DNA of 63,921 bases, counting the filler, from Hyphochytrium catenoides (lineage: Eukaryota; Protista; Hyphochytriomycota): the NCBI GenBank assembly GCA_900088475.1. It is 5 parts of 5 records of this genome, joined end to end, with 100 filler letters (N's around TTAATTAATTAA, not from the genome) between each part and the next. Parts side by side here need not be neighbours in the genome. Positions count along the whole stretch, not along the records: positions 7,541 to 39,015 come from FLMG01003795.1; 4 more parts are not named here. The stretch is one strand, 5' to 3'. Position 1 is the first letter of the stretch. Each line of letters opens with the position of its first letter. Both the position numbers and the translations under genes were made by a program. A model generated the notes under the pieces. It made no database searches, was not told the origin of the DNA, and saw only the letters and a program-made list of their open reading frames with translations. Below, piece after piece: positions 23,238 to 37,057 of the stretch.

Positions 23238-25552
23238 CTCTTTTATTTCTTGTGCTGTCGCGTCCGATTTTCTTATATATATCGGCAGACGCTAAGGCAA
23301 TAGCCACGCAGATGGGGTGGAAAGACTGGGCTGCCTTCTGCGTCTTCTCTCTCTTTTAAAAGTGAGCGCGATGGTTCGAGCTGAGGTGGGAGTCATCGCA
23401 TTGAAGAACTTCTTCTTTTAGTAATGATAGCCACCGCCACCACCAGCAGGAAGGGAAGCCAAGAGGGCACTGCAAGCTGATCTTGCCGGATCGACCGGAT
23501 CTTCCCTCATGTTGCCCACCACTCACTAGACGTTCTCCCTTACTTTCCCCCTCGCTGTTCCGCAGTCTTCTTGTTTCTGGCTCTCTCCCTTTCTCTCTCT
23601 CATCTCTCTCTCTTTGTCTGTGTCTGTCTCTCTCTCTTTGCCTGTGTCTGTCTCTTTCTCCTTCTTCTGGTCAATAAAAAAGGGTATTGTGTATCTCCCT
23701 ATTTCCTCCTGCGACAGGGAGGTCTGTCCTCTTCAGTCATTCATAGTTTCTACCTCGTTGCTCTTGAGAGAAGCATCCCTGATCCCGATCTGTCCTTGTG
23801 AATTCCGTGTAAAATGAAGAACATCAAGGCTAAAAAACATATAGAAGGCTTTCCTGTACCTGTAAACTCCTCACGTTCGGTGACTCACAGAACTATTCAC
23901 CCCTCTTGTTTGCCTTCCTCCTCTCCTCTTTTGTTGGCCTGTTCTCACTCTTGAAGGCTCTAGTTCTCCTCTTATTTAGTTCCATTGGTCTATCTCTTTA
24001 ACTTTTCCTTGTCTTCTACTAGTGGTTGCAGGGGTTCCACATCCTTGGCTTGCTGCATTTCATTCCCATCTCTGTGCTCCTGCTACTCGTACAAGTAGAA
24101 CAACCGTTGGGCAGAAGAACAACCAAGGGCCAGCACTAACATCAGGAAGAGGGCAACGTTGATGACGATCGAAGGGTTACAATTGCTGGATGGGGAAGGA
24201 CTGTTCAAGAGATGATGTGCGACAGGACGGCTCCAGGTGAGGGAGAGAGAGAGCCGAACGGGCACAACCAGCAGCTTGGATGTTAGATCAGCACAAGGTG
24301 ATGGCTGAACTCTTCCGCACAATGTCCGTTCAAAATTTTCGCGAGGCTCTCTGACTTTCTCAGGACATTGTTGCTAGGACCGATTTGGGCCCCTTTCTGA
24401 TCAGCGAGAGAGAGAGGAAAGAGGGAGACGGAAAAGAAGACAGCAAGGAAAGATAGAGATACTGAGCTTTGGAAAGAGGGAGAGAGAGAAAGGGAGCCAA
24501 TACAGGTGGGAACGAGAGAGACAGAGAAAGGAGAAATATAGGGTTTGTCTTATTAATTATTATTCCACTTTCCCCAAGTTTTTACTCGTATAACAAGGCG
24601 GAGGAAGCCTTTAATGAGGAAAGGAATCAAGGACGAGCACGAAAATCTGAATTTGATTACTAACTAGCTTGGGAAACCTGCTTCACTGAGTCTACTACTA
24701 CTACTCTGCCTTCCCAATTCAGACTGTTTCAGACCAAACACGGAATAACAGCCACTAAGTGCGTGCTGATCCTTGAGAACTACTGTACAGGTGTGCTGAG
24801 CCCTGTAAAGGTGAATTGAAAACAGGTTCACACTCCCTTTCCAGATCTCGACATCTCCCACAGAGAATGGCAGAAGCCAGCCTTCCCTACATTTGTTGGT
24901 GATTATTCTGGTGGTTTTATGTTTTATATTGTACGCTCTTTGATTCCACCCAATAATATCTTAAAATCTATAGCCTTCATATTAGACCTACCCACCTGCC
25001 CACTTAGGACTATCCGGAAACATCACACAAAACATCTAACCCCAGCCTTCCTGTTGAACCTGCCCTGTCATCAGATCCCTTTATAAAATGACAGTGTGTC
25101 TATTTCATAGGCGTCTGACATGGAGTTGCTCTCCTCGGCCTTACTTCCGTCGTGTGATGATAATCAGGCGGCCTTGTCATCGCGGTAACCCTCGAGATAC
25201 AGCAGCATGCGGTAGAATGTAAAGAAGTCAAAGCCGTGAAGTGTGAAAGTGCTACGGCTGAGGAGTGATGCTGAAGCTTGCCATGAAGCACACAGTTTCT
25301 GCTCATCTTCGTGCTCTTCCGCTCTGTCATGCGTTCCACTCTCTGTTTGTTTACGTCCGAGGCCAGGAGATCCGAATTCTAGGAGGAACAGCTTTGTGCT
25401 TGGCTGATGTGGCTCTAGAAAGGGGAGACCACCACTTGGAAATGAATATCATCATGCTCTGCTACGAAGCATGATCAGAGTGACTGCGAGAAGCAGCCAG
25501 GTCTATCAGCAGCACGCCTATCCCACCTCTGTGTAGCCCAGAATCGGGAATC

Positions 25553-28061
25553 ATGCAACACACCACTTCCAAGAAGCTACCTACAGCGTCATCCTCGCGA
25601 CGCTTGACGATCCTGGTGCTTGTGTGTCTTGTTGTCGTTTGCCAGCTACTGCTTCTCTGGTACTTCTTTAGCGTCAATTATCTCCGCACCGGGCTCCTCC
25701 TCGACTCCACACTTGTGGCCGGCGTTGCTCAATTACGTGGCTTCAGGCCCACTACGTCCAGCTTAGATAGTGTAAAGCTTGACAGCGTTGAAACCACAAC
25801 AGCTGGCAACATTGACAGTCAAATCGATCCCCGGAGGACTGCGTACCTGTCGTCCAGGAGAGGCCAAGCAAGGAAAGGCCGTTTTGATGACGCAGATAGT
25901 CCTATACTACGCTCCAGACGACAGGAGATACAGGAGACAGTAAAGCTCATGTTTAGGAGCTACATGGAGAGGTAGGTTATGCACATCAAGTGGCGACCCA
26001 ACAGGCACTGAATAAAATGGATGTTGGTGGGGCTATGAACTCTTAGGGCATGGGGAGCTGATGAGGTTGGACCGATCAGTGGGCAGAAGAAGCAGCCTTT
26101 CGGGGGCCAAGGAACCACAATTCTTGACTCCCTGTCAACTCTACATATTTTGGGACTTAAGGTAGGAGATTATAAAAGCTTCTCGCTAATTGCTATAGAT
26201 GAATTGACAGGCCAGCTGCTGGCAGGAGGAATTTGAGGCTGGAAGAGACTGGGTCGCAAACGCCTTGGACTTTGATAAGATTAAGAGCGGCTACGTCTCG
26301 ATCTTCGAGACAAATATCCGCAACGTGGGAGGACTTCTCAGCGCCTACGACTTGACCGAAGACCCTGTCTTTCTGAAGCAGGCGCGTCATTTGGCGGAAA
26401 AGATAATGCCAGCCTTTAGACAGTCGAAGACTGGCGTTCCCCCAATGGCTTTTAACCTGCAAGATAACTCCACGGGGGATCTGTACTTTGGCCCCGATAT
26501 GTGAGTTAAACTTTATAAGCCCTAGGATGAAAGGGAAACCTTAGCTCTTCTGTGGCTCCACTTCCTCGCATAGCCCTCACCGTCTCTCCCGCAACTGATA
26601 ATATTTATTCTTCTTGTACCCGGAGGCAAGATTTTTTGTTGACCCATCGCCTTCTTCGCAGCACATCACTAGCAGATATGGGCACCTTTCAACTGGAGAT
26701 GCGGTACCTCTCACAGGTAACCGGTGACCGCGAATTCGCAAACCGTGCAGACCATATATACCAGCGTATACGGGAGGCGAGGCCGCTAGTTGGAGGGCTC
26801 TATGCAACGTTGTATGACGTAGAAACCGGTCAATTCTCTTCTCAGCAAGTCGCACTCGGTGGGACTGCTGACTCATTCTACGAATATCTTCTCAAGGTAG
26901 AGATCGCTAGTGTCACCGTATCTCTTGCGATGCGTATCACTCTTTGATTTATCCCCGTTGTCATACTCCTAGGTCTATCTCCAAGGAGGAAAAAAAGAGA
27001 CTTGGCTGGCGGACGCATGGAAGGCTGCTATGCAGGGGATGCGGAAGTTTCTTCTGAAGGAAGTACCCGCGCTTTCAAGCAGCGGACATTCAAGAAAAGA
27101 CGCTATGCCCATTGTCACAGGTGCCTATGTCTACCACGATGGACAGGTCGTATCGGTACGTTCTAGTTACGTTAGGTATCAACCCCAGAGTACTTCTCGC
27201 TCACGCCCTTTCCTATGTCCGTCGCACAGGACTGGAAAATGGAGGAATTGACCTGCTATTTGCCGGGAAATCTTGCTTTGGGTGCCGCAGCCCTGACGTC
27301 GGACTCCGTTTATGCGCCCATTCATACACGGGAGGAAAAGAAGTTATTATCATTGGCGGAGAGGCTTGGTAGGACCTGCTTTAGGATGTTTAATACCACG
27401 GTAAGAGCTTTTTTACCCTCGCCTGATATACTCTTGCCAGAGCCAAGCTGATTGTCTTTCGCATCGTCTTGAAGGAATCAGGCCTGTCGCCCGAGCATTA
27501 TCAATTCGATACCGGAGGAGCCGCTTTCTCGATGCCCACGCCCGTGTACAAGCTACGTCCAGAGACGTTAGAGTCACTTTTCTACCTGTACGAGCTAACG
27601 GGCAACCCAGAATACCGAGAGATGGGATGGACAATCTTCAAGGTAGGGAGAAAAGGCGACAACCGACAAAGAGTGGTGTCTTCGCTTATTCTTGTTCTAT
27701 ATTTGTCGTTGCACTAGTGCTAATACGACTTCTCTTATTCCTTTGCGCGCCTGCGTCACAGACCATCAAAGACAGGTGCAAGTCCAAGTATGGCTGGGGA
27801 GAGTATCAAAATGTGCGGGTGAAGCGACCGTCTCGCACCCTGGATACCACTGCTTTGGAAACGTACCTCTATGACAGCCAGCCAAGCTATATATTTGCCG
27901 AGCTGTTCAAATATGCCTATCTTCTGATGGACCCCTACCATACCATCTCACTGGATGATTATACTTTCAACACTGAAGCACACCCTCTAAGAGTGTTCTC
28001 CCAGTTGGCGCCCGCTACAGCTCAGCACGTGCATCGGCGAGGGACAAGGCACCAAGAGTAG
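25553..28061 (+). CDS. Class I alpha-1,2-mannosidase (GH47), type II membrane protein, 8 exons
   Basis: Exons 25553-25971, 26047-26161, 26226-26500, 26662-26896, 26973-27155, 27230-27400, 27475-27642 and 27762-28061 splice in frame. N-terminal TM; motifs AWGADE, ILDSLSTL, SIFETNIRNVGGLLSAY, ADSFYEYLLK, GLSPE, LRPETLESLFYLY, AELFKYAYLL and FNTEAHP. Confidence 0.95.
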
Positions 28062-29252
28062 AGCCACTCTAGACCTAATGACGAAGGAGCAGACAACGCA
28101 AGAGCTTGACTGGAGGTCCGAGGATCGTAGCTCCTCCAGCAGACGGTGTCGCTGTGCTCATTATTTCATGAAGGATTTTCATGTCGATGACCTGCATCTT
28201 CCTTTGATCGGGCCGATTAAAAGAGCACTTACCGCCCACTAAGAGCAGCCTCATGGCAACTAGAACTCTAATGCCGCTGGCGCGAGCTCCCTGTGCCAAA
28301 CAGCCAGGATGCGCGATGAGGCCACCGGATGCGGTAAGCCGGCAGGCCGAACGAAGCTGATGATGTTGATGTCCCGCTGGCGCTTGGGGTGGAACTAAAA
28401 GCCTTCAAAGAACCTCAGAACCTCTTCCTCAGGAGAGAATAAAGCGGTCACAGGTTGCAAGACAGAATGCCATAAAGGGTCTGTACAATACAGAACCATG
28501 ACAACAAGATATACCGCCCCTATTCTAAATAGACTCCAAAATTCCTTGATGTCTCGTGTAATAGAGGGGGTTATTTCCAGGATTTATCCAGTAAATGTGT
28601 GTTGCCCAAACCTTTTTTGGGCTGGAATGTGCTCTGGCGCCAGGTGTTATGACAGGACTTGTATGACGGGGTATTATCTATGGGGAAGAGTGCGAGTGAC
28701 AGAAGTCCGGTGACCAAAGCAGGAACAGAGAGGAGAGAGCGAGACAGAACACCTGCCTCTACTCAGAATCAGTTGTTGGAGAGACAGAGCGAGAAGAAGA
28801 GAGAGACAGAGAGGCAACATATAAGGAGAGAGAGAGAGGGAAGAGAGAATGAGAGAAATGAAAGAAAGAGAATAAGAGAGAGAGACGTGCAACAAGGATA
28901 CAGCAACAGGGCCTGGCGCCTGGCGCAGTGCATGTGAGCCAGAGCACCGGGGAGAGTGATGATCGCCATCCCATCTTTCTGTTGAGCTCTCTCTCTTTCT
29001 GTTCCGCGTTGCTGACGCTCTGGAGCTTCATCTCAGTCGACTGATGCCTGCAGCGACAGAGCACTATTGCGGAGCTTGAGAACTCGCCAAGCAGGACGGG
29101 GATACTTTGATCGATAACGCCTGAGTAGCTCTGAGAAGTAGTCTTTCCAGAATAATGGTCTCTTAGGGAAAACATGGACGGGCCAAGGCAGGCGTAGATC
29201 TTGCACCCAATCATCTTAGATGACAGGACATTTTACTGGCTACTGAAGGGAG

Positions 29253-32200
29253 ATGAGGAGTCAAACGTGGGGCCATTGCGGCCTTGTGCTGTACTGCCTG
29301 GTCGTGTTGAAACTCCTGTCCCATGCAACTGGTACGTCATGCTTGAACTGCTTTCGTCTATGTCAGTCTAGCTCAGAGCTGTCGTGCACAGTGGCAGCCC
29401 GGACGCTGTATGTGTCTAAGCTGGGGACGAGTGGCGCCAACTGTGGGGGCATATCAGCCCCATGCAGGAGTCTTTTGGTCGCCTTAAATCAGAGCTTGGA
29501 CGGCGATGAAATCCAGGTGGCAGGGTCAACGGCGGCGTATGAGTGCGAGTCTCCGCTTATTATCAAGCATAAAATCACAATTATCAGCTTCAAATCGGTA
29601 AGTGCTGACCCTTCCTGACTGTACAGATTGTTCCTCCTTCTGACAGGGTCGGTCCTCTGCCTTCCTTCGAGTCCCTCCACACCCGAGTACATATGAACTC
29701 AGTTTTATCTCTAATGGGTTTTCTCTGCATGACCTAGGATGGTAACGGCGTGGTGATGAACCCCTGTACGAGTGGCTCTCTCGCAGTGGTTGAGCCCGCT
29801 GCACACCTAACCTTGGTTGGTGTCACGGTCACAGTTGCTGATCCGGTCCCTGACCCGTCAGCTAATATGTCCAGGTACGCGTGTCTCCCTGATTTAGGCT
29901 TCTTGTGTCACCGCCCCAAGTCATATCTAACTGCGGCTTACCGTCTTTTAGCGTTCTAGAAGCTATAAACGCAAGCCTCAGCATTATCGACTGCAAAATT
30001 GATGTACGGGCGCCTTTATCCAGTCCAGTCATCAAAGCCAGGGACAGCGAAATTCTAGTTTCCGGCTCATCTTTCTCTTCTTCAGTGAGCCCTGAGCGCC
30101 TTCCCGTGACAGGGGCGGCCATGTCTCTTTCATATACCGGGCAAATAGACGGAAAGTGGGACTTTGTCGTTTCGAAGTCCTCGTTCAATAACTTCCGCTC
30201 CTCTTCCATGGGCGGCGCCATCGCTGTCCAGAGCACGGCCTCCCCGTCTCTAGGCCGTTTAGAGATTTCTGATTGCACTTTCGCTAACAATCAAGTGCAG
30301 GGGGATTCTAGTGGAGCTCAATCTTCTTTGCTCGGCGGCGCAGTAAGCATCAAGCTTGAGGGTCCAAGCTTTGAGCACGTCTGGATAGAAAATAATAAGC
30401 TTACCAAGAACTTCCTGCAAGTTAATCAGGGGGGAACAGGTCAGGGTGGTGCTCTCTACGTTGAGGTGAGCGCGTCCAAATCTCCTCCCAAGCTGAATGT
30501 CACGAGGAATGAGTTTGATGGGAACCAGATTGTAAACGATCATGGCTCTTCTCCTATTTGTGAGGGTTGCTATGTAGCGGGAGCGGGGCTCGCGCTGGCT
30601 TTCAAGGATCTCTCTGATTCTGAACTCAGCCTTAACATCATTGGCAACAGTCTCTCGGAAAACTTTGTTATTGAGAGCGGGGTAAGCGGGTCCAGCGGGG
30701 CATTTGGGGGTGGATTCTTCCTATCTATCGCCAACGGCTCTGCCGGAGCCTCACTCCGCGTCAATCAGAACGTTTTCTCAGAAAACCGGGTACAATTTGC
30801 TCACCGACAGGACTTGGAAAGTGCCAAGGGAGCAGCTCAATCGCCTTCAGCTGTCGTTCGCGTCTGTGGCGGTGGTGCAGCCATTCAGTTGCTTTCCTTA
30901 GACTCCTCAACCGTAAGTTTGTCCATGAACGGGAATGAATGGACAAAGAACCATGTAGAGCTTGCCAATAACGTCCGAGGTCAAATCTGTGGTGGAGGAC
31001 TCTCCATTCACGGTACTTCGACCAAACCGGAGCAGATGGCTGTTGGCCTGAGCCAAAACCTCTTCAAAGCAAATAGCATCGCAGCTACGCAGAATTCTGG
31101 CACAATAATGGGGGGAGGAGTATACATTGATAGCGTCATATCGCCAGCCGGCTCGGATAACGCACAAACGCGAGGAATGGCGCTCTCTCTGGTCGGTAAC
31201 ACAATGACGGACAACATCCTCCAGGCTAGTTATGTAGGGGATGATGTCTTTGCTGCGGACATTTCTGAAGCCTATCTGTTACCACGAGTTGCAGGCGCAG
31301 GTATGGGGCTGCAGGCTACGACGCAGGGAACGGTAGAGATGAAAGAGAATGCCATCAGGAATAACCGTGTAGACGCGTCTGGAGCATATGTGGCCGTGAC
31401 TGGAGGCGGGTTGGCTGCCATTCTACTGCCTAGTGGGACGTCGCTGAAAGGCAACACATCCTCATCCACTGTTCCTTCGGCGTCGAACACTGGCCAAAGG
31501 TTCTCCCTCAGCTCTGCAGAGAACTATCTGAAGAACAACTCAGTGTCTTGGCTAATGAGTTACAGCTATGACAGCGCCGCAGTCACTACCAAGCATCCTG
31601 CTGTAGGAAATCTCTTTCCGACCGTGGCCGGCGGAGGCTTCTTCGTGGACTTTTCTGCCCTTTCTTCACTGCAAGATGTGCAGCTTAAGCTGCAGAGTGA
31701 CAGGGTGATAAGTAATCGTGCCTGGGGCGCTGTGGCCAGCTCTTCTAATGTCCGCAGCTTCCTGTCCCAGGGTGGCGGAGGGTGCATTGTGGGCCCTTCC
31801 ACGGTAAGATTAACTCTACCTTCATCTCCGTGACCTCCGTCGCACTGCACTGCACTATATTCTGCTTTGCCCTTTTTCTCTTCCTAACAAATGCTACCTT
31901 TCCTTCCCTTCTCTAACCTAGGGGACAAGCGCTCAAGGTCTAGGTTCGGGATCAATGTATCCTCTCACTCTGAGGAATATGACGTTCTTAGCGAACGCAG
32001 CGACTAACGCTAATGACACCTCTGATATGAGAGGAGTCGGCGGGGGATTGTCAATCTTCGGCACGTCCATCCTCCTTACAGAATCGTCTTTGATAGAGAA
32101 CTATGCGACAGCCGAGGGTGGAGGGCTCTGCCTAAGAGAACACATGGAAAACGATGCTGGCCATGGGATTACGCAAGGACAAAGCGAAGGGTCTGTCGTC

Positions 32201-34792
32201 CGCGACGTGCTTTTCGATCTGAATGTGGCAGGCGCTGAGGGAATGCAGGCCTTTGCTGAGCTCAAGTCGGGCCTCTCGCTTACGGGTGTAACTAGCTCAT
32301 ACTCTCGCCAGCTACGCTTGTCGGAGCTGCAGCTTGCCCCACGGCCACGTCAATTCTCCGTCATCTCGGCAGTGGTCAGAGGAAGACTTGCCCTAGATGG
32401 GAATTCCAAGGCTAGCTGCCCCCCGGGATTCAGCGTAAGTCGAGACCCTTCTCTCTTCTCGCTCCGTCTCTTATCTCTCGCGGTTCACTGTGTGGCTAAT
32501 GTTGGTAACACTTACGTTCTTCCTCTAGGCAAAGACCTATCTTACCAAGACCTTCGAGCTCTCTACCAACTCCTCGGGCTCGGGCCTGCAGGCTCAAGAG
32601 GTTACCCGTCTGCAGACGGAGTGTAACGGTTGCGCAGTCGGGACGTACAGCTTGGAACAGGTAGAGCTGGAGCTGACCAAAGAAAGAGAAGAAAAACTAC
32701 TGAGCTGCGTGACGTGCCCGGACGGCGGCAACTGCAGTTTTGGGGGCGGGACTGTGCTATCAGCCGGCCGGAACATGTGGGGATATGTGAACAAGGAAGA
32801 GCACCGGGTGCGCTTCTATGATTGTCCCAGTAAGTGGAAGAGCTTAGGATGCAGCTTGTTTTTTTCTCACAAGGTCCTTCCCTTTCGCGGCCTAACTCTT
32901 TTTGCATACACCTTAACAGCTTTCTACAGTTCGTGCACCTTCTGATCCTGACTTGCTTTTCTGTGCTTTTGCCTATGCAGTGGGCTACTGCTGCACCTCT
33001 GATCAGGGTGACTGCGAGATGGACAGCTGCTCCTACCATCGAAAGGGTCCACTTTGCTCTGCGTGTGAGGAGGGCTACACTGCTGCACTCTTTTCATCAG
33101 CTTGCATGTCAGACGACACGTGTGCAGCGCAATCCCTTCTGGCCATTTTCTTTCTCTTTCTTAGTCTCGCTGCGCTCTGGATCGTCCTTCTTGTCCTGCA
33201 AGGGAGAGATAAAAATGGGGCGATAGAGATCTTCGTCTTCTTTTTCCAGCTCATGGCGCTGACAGTGCCCCCGTCTCAGTTCCGCTTTTCACCTGTCGTG
33301 GGCCAAATTATCTCTTTCTTTATGTTTGGTGCAACTCCCCTGACGGCACCGCCGGCGGGCCGGCCTCTGTGTATCGCTCGCGATATGTCCTCGTCAGCTG
33401 TTCTATGGGTATACTTGTGCTTTCCTGTGCTGCTGGCTGGCCTTCTCGGCCTGGGCTTCCTCTTGGAGGCAATCGGAAATAGGGTACTTAGGGTCATCGG
33501 ACGTAGTAGAAGTGGAGGGACGAGCCAGCTCCAAGCTTCGCCGGTCCCTGTAGCTGAGCTCTCTCTACGGGACCCGCCGCCACTGATGAGAAAGAAGCTT
33601 GAGTTGCTGAAACCAGTCACAGAAAGCCAGGAGGTAAGTCGGTCCTGCTCTCTCGCGCTCGATATCATCAGCCACGCTCTCTTTTTCTGGCGGGCTCCGT
33701 CATCCAATGTAGAGTAAGGCTTTCCTTACCTTCTATCGCATAGAACCTGTAGTCTCTCAATCTTCTTTCCTTAGGCTCATAAGCCTAAATGACGTTCTAA
33801 TCAACCCTCTCGTCTCCTGCCTCTCTTTTATCGCTGAGTAGGCCCTCGAGACAACTCCGCAGCCGTCACGTTCGACTGCCTTCCAGCGAGCGGTGATGAA
33901 GTTATTGCCCTGCTCGCTCACTGTCATCTTCTACATCTCGCTCACCCTTGTAGACTGCGTGCGAGTGGGAGGCATCGCTTTCCTCTATTGGGACTCTGAA
34001 GTCTCCTGTCTGCAATGGTGGCAGCCTCTATTGCAGATCTTCACTGCGGTCTGTGTACTTATTACCTTGCTGCCTCTGGCTTCCTTCTGCCATGATCGAC
34101 TCCGTTCTCTTTACCTACCGCACGGTGTCTTTCGCGCAGTAAACAGACTGCAAGCTCATCTTAAGCTGCAGCAGATAGCAGAAGTGCTGGCTTCTCCATA
34201 CAAGGCAGGATTCCATTATTGGCAATCTGTCCTGTGCGCCCATCGCCTGCTGAGCTGCTTGGTGCTAGTCTACGTGAAGAATGTCACCCTCGCAAGCGTT
34301 ATGAATGCAAGCTTGGCCCTTCTCTTCCTTCTTCTCCATACCGTGGCTCAGCCTTTCTCTTCTCCCTCGGTCAATCATCTTCAGACCGTGCTGCTTGGTG
34401 CTCTGTTGCTGGTGGCTATGGTATCAGGTCCTGGTGGAGCAGAAGGAGTCATTGACGCTGCTTTTGCACTCTCTGATGGGTTTGCAATCACCACCATCAT
34501 CATAGCTTATGGCGCCTTTACTGTCTTCCTACTGTTGGTAGCGACTCTAGTGCTTGAAATGGTGGGTGTGGACAAACAAGTGCTGAGTCGGCGATGTCAG
34601 CGGTATGACGACAGCTTCGAGAGCGGGTCCTTTATGGCCTCTGGCGCTGAACAGACGCCATACGCTGAGTTGGCCTCCAACACAGCTGTACAATTGTCAG
34701 TACGAGAGTTTGAGGCACTGGCAGGTGCTCACGAAGCAAGACGGGAGACACAGAGCCGTGGCAGGCGGAGTGTGGCTCTGGCATGCTCATAA
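29253..34792 (+). CDS. Large cell-surface receptor-like protein: signal peptide, right-handed beta-helix (Pmp/pectin lyase-like GG repeats), Cys-rich region, about 7 C-terminal TM helices
   Basis: About 8 exons (approx. 29253-29331, 29391-29597, 29738-29874, 29952-31803, 31922-32434, 32529-32829, 32981-33632, 33842-34792). N-terminal LYVSKLG..CG...PCRSL; repeated F.NN...GG(A/G) turns; CVTCPDGGNC, CPMGYCC and RKGPLCSACEEGY; then hydrophobic helices with IFVFFFQLM, PYKAGFHYWQSV and QPFSSPSVNHLQ. Confidence 0.85.
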
Positions 34793-35035
34793 GAAGTGTC
34801 AAGAGGAGTAGATGTTTGCTTGTTCTGCAACGAAGAACCTTGGGTCAGCTGGCCCTCAATCAGAGAGAGGGAAGTTGCCCGTACACTGAGATTGGGAAGT
34901 GCGAGTCACTTCTAGATTCTAGAGCTATAAATAAAGTTGAATGTTCTGTCTAGTTTACTTCTGGGCCTAGTGCCCCTGTGCCTCTCCGTAGAAAGCAGGA
35001 CAGACAGCATACTCTCTCTTTGCCTGGCTCGTCTC

Positions 35036-37057
35036 TCATATTTTTAGGACAAAGCTCTCTTCACTAGTCGCCTTACTGCTTTCTCTGTCATAGCTCCGCA
35101 GACCAGGTCCCCTTTTCTCTGGACTCTTCTCCTCCAAAGACTCCTCGTAAACATCCTCAAGGGCCGAGTCGTCTGAATCCAGCTCCTGATTCCCAAACTC
35201 CATCGATCCCGATTGTAGCTTCATTTCCCGCAGGCGGAGACGTATGTCATACAGAGTCTCAGAGAGAGAGATCGCTGCTCGAGCCATTGCAGCTGATGCC
35301 GCTGGACCTGGAGGAGGAGAGGTATCTCTATTGGATCCCATCGCCTTCTCCTCTATTTCCTGTTCTTTCTCTTCCTGCGTTGGTAAGAATGTCCAGTCAA
35401 AGAGCGTCACAGAGCTGGAATCACGTTCAGCAGTCGATGCGAGACTGGCCTGAGACTCATTAGCACCTACACCTTCTGCACCCGCTAACCACTCTGTGAA
35501 CTCATCTTGAGACGGCGCGGCCGCAGAACGAGGCCTACGTTGTCTCCTCAGCCCTGAGCCAGACAATCGTGGAACAGCCTTGACGGCTTTCAGCGTAGGC
35601 TGACGAGGGGGAGGAGGTGGTGGAGGAGGGGTGGTCGGAGGATGGAGAGGCAGCGCGGCTCCATGGCCGCCCTTTTCCCCTTCATCGTCACTCGTCGGTC
35701 CGACAGAGACTAGGTCTTGCTCAATGCCAATGGTGCGTGGCAAAGAAGCAAGACTTGACCTCCTGCGCGCCGTGGAGCTGTTGAAAAGATGCTGGTGCTT
35801 CGTTATAATAGCGCACTCGCTACAGCACCGCACAGCTTTTGCTGCCACTCCCTTAACGCTCAGTTTCACTATCCGAGAACATCGTCCACATACGGCCTAG
35901 CGGATTCAGCGCATTGCGGAGAGAGAGACGAGGAAAGTTCAGGGGCTATCCTTTTATACCGAAGAAGACTTTTATTAGTTGGTCTCACCTTCTCACACCT
36001 CTTACAGCGGTACTGCGGATGAAAGAGATCGAACGTCCGCCCACAGAGCTCACAGCTGGAAGATTGCAGTGGTACAGAGGTCAGGCAAAGAACAGGAGAG
36101 AATGGCCCAGCGAGTAGCGAGGCATCACCTTGGATAGAGCTCCCTCTCCCTAGGATGAAAGTGAACCTTAATCCTCTCCAAGCAGAACATGCGCTCTTCT
36201 ATCCGCCTCTCCAGCTGCCAATCGTGCTGATGGCTCTTCATGTCACACTGGTGCAGATAAGTAACCAGCGTCCTCTCCTCTCCCTCTTGTCGTTGCATTA
36301 CAAAGCCATGCAGCCCAAAGTGACCGCGAACAAAGTCTGCGTGCGGCAGCGCAGCTGACCGGTACTGAAGGTTCAACGAGTGCTGTCCAAAAATCGCAAT
36401 CTGCCCCTCTGGGGAGAGAAGGACATCGCAGAACTACGTCATCAAGGCAAAACGGAGAGAGCAGCACACAGCGGTGAGAGGCCAGAAGCAGAGTACGTAC
36501 GAAGGACAATAGAGAAGTAGCAGTCCAAGTACCGAAAGTGTATTGAAAGGAGAAGGTGGGAGGCTTTTAAAGGGCTCACTGACCTCTAAGAAGCAGAAGT
36601 CTCTGTCAGCGTAGTTTGTCTCTCCAACCCTGAGTGCCAGCCACTTCAATCCTAGATACCTTCTGCTTGCACTTCTGGACGTGTCCACGTTTCTAATCAC
36701 TTCTGAAGCCAAGAACTCATCCTTGAAATGCAGCCGAGCCCACTGCTTGAACTCTTTGTCTGTCCTGGAGACCATCAGGCCTAGTAAAGCTTCAACTGAG
36801 GTGGAGATTGTCGTGCTCGCCTTGTAGAAGAAAAAGTTTGGGCTCTGCAAACCGCCCGTAGGTGCCTCTCCACGCCAGATTTCCAAGCCCCGCTTCTTCT
36901 TCTTCTTCATCCACTTGACGGGAGCTTGTTCGGTGTCCCTTTCAAGGACAACATTCTGCAGCATCACTGATACTTCGTCCGCGATGGCGCTGAGCAGTGC
37001 AGCTTCTCTCCTTGTAAGATTTACGTAGCAGAGCGGAGAGGGTTGCTGGTCGGGCAT
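35036..37057 (-). CDS. START-like lipid-binding domain + FYVE-like zinc finger protein, 4 exons
   Basis: Exon 1 has KWMKKKKKRGLEIWR, YLGLKWLAL and DRDFCFLE. Exon 2 has DFVRGHFGLHGFVM. Exons 3 and 4 give CELC..F....QYRCKRC/AVCGRCS...VRCCSEC followed by a disordered tail. Splice phases are compatible. Confidence 0.85.

Noticed and set aside
28893-28901. GTATCCTTG on the minus strand (also 41122-41130) as further U12 donors
   Set aside because: No matching branch site, acceptor or supportable gene model was found.
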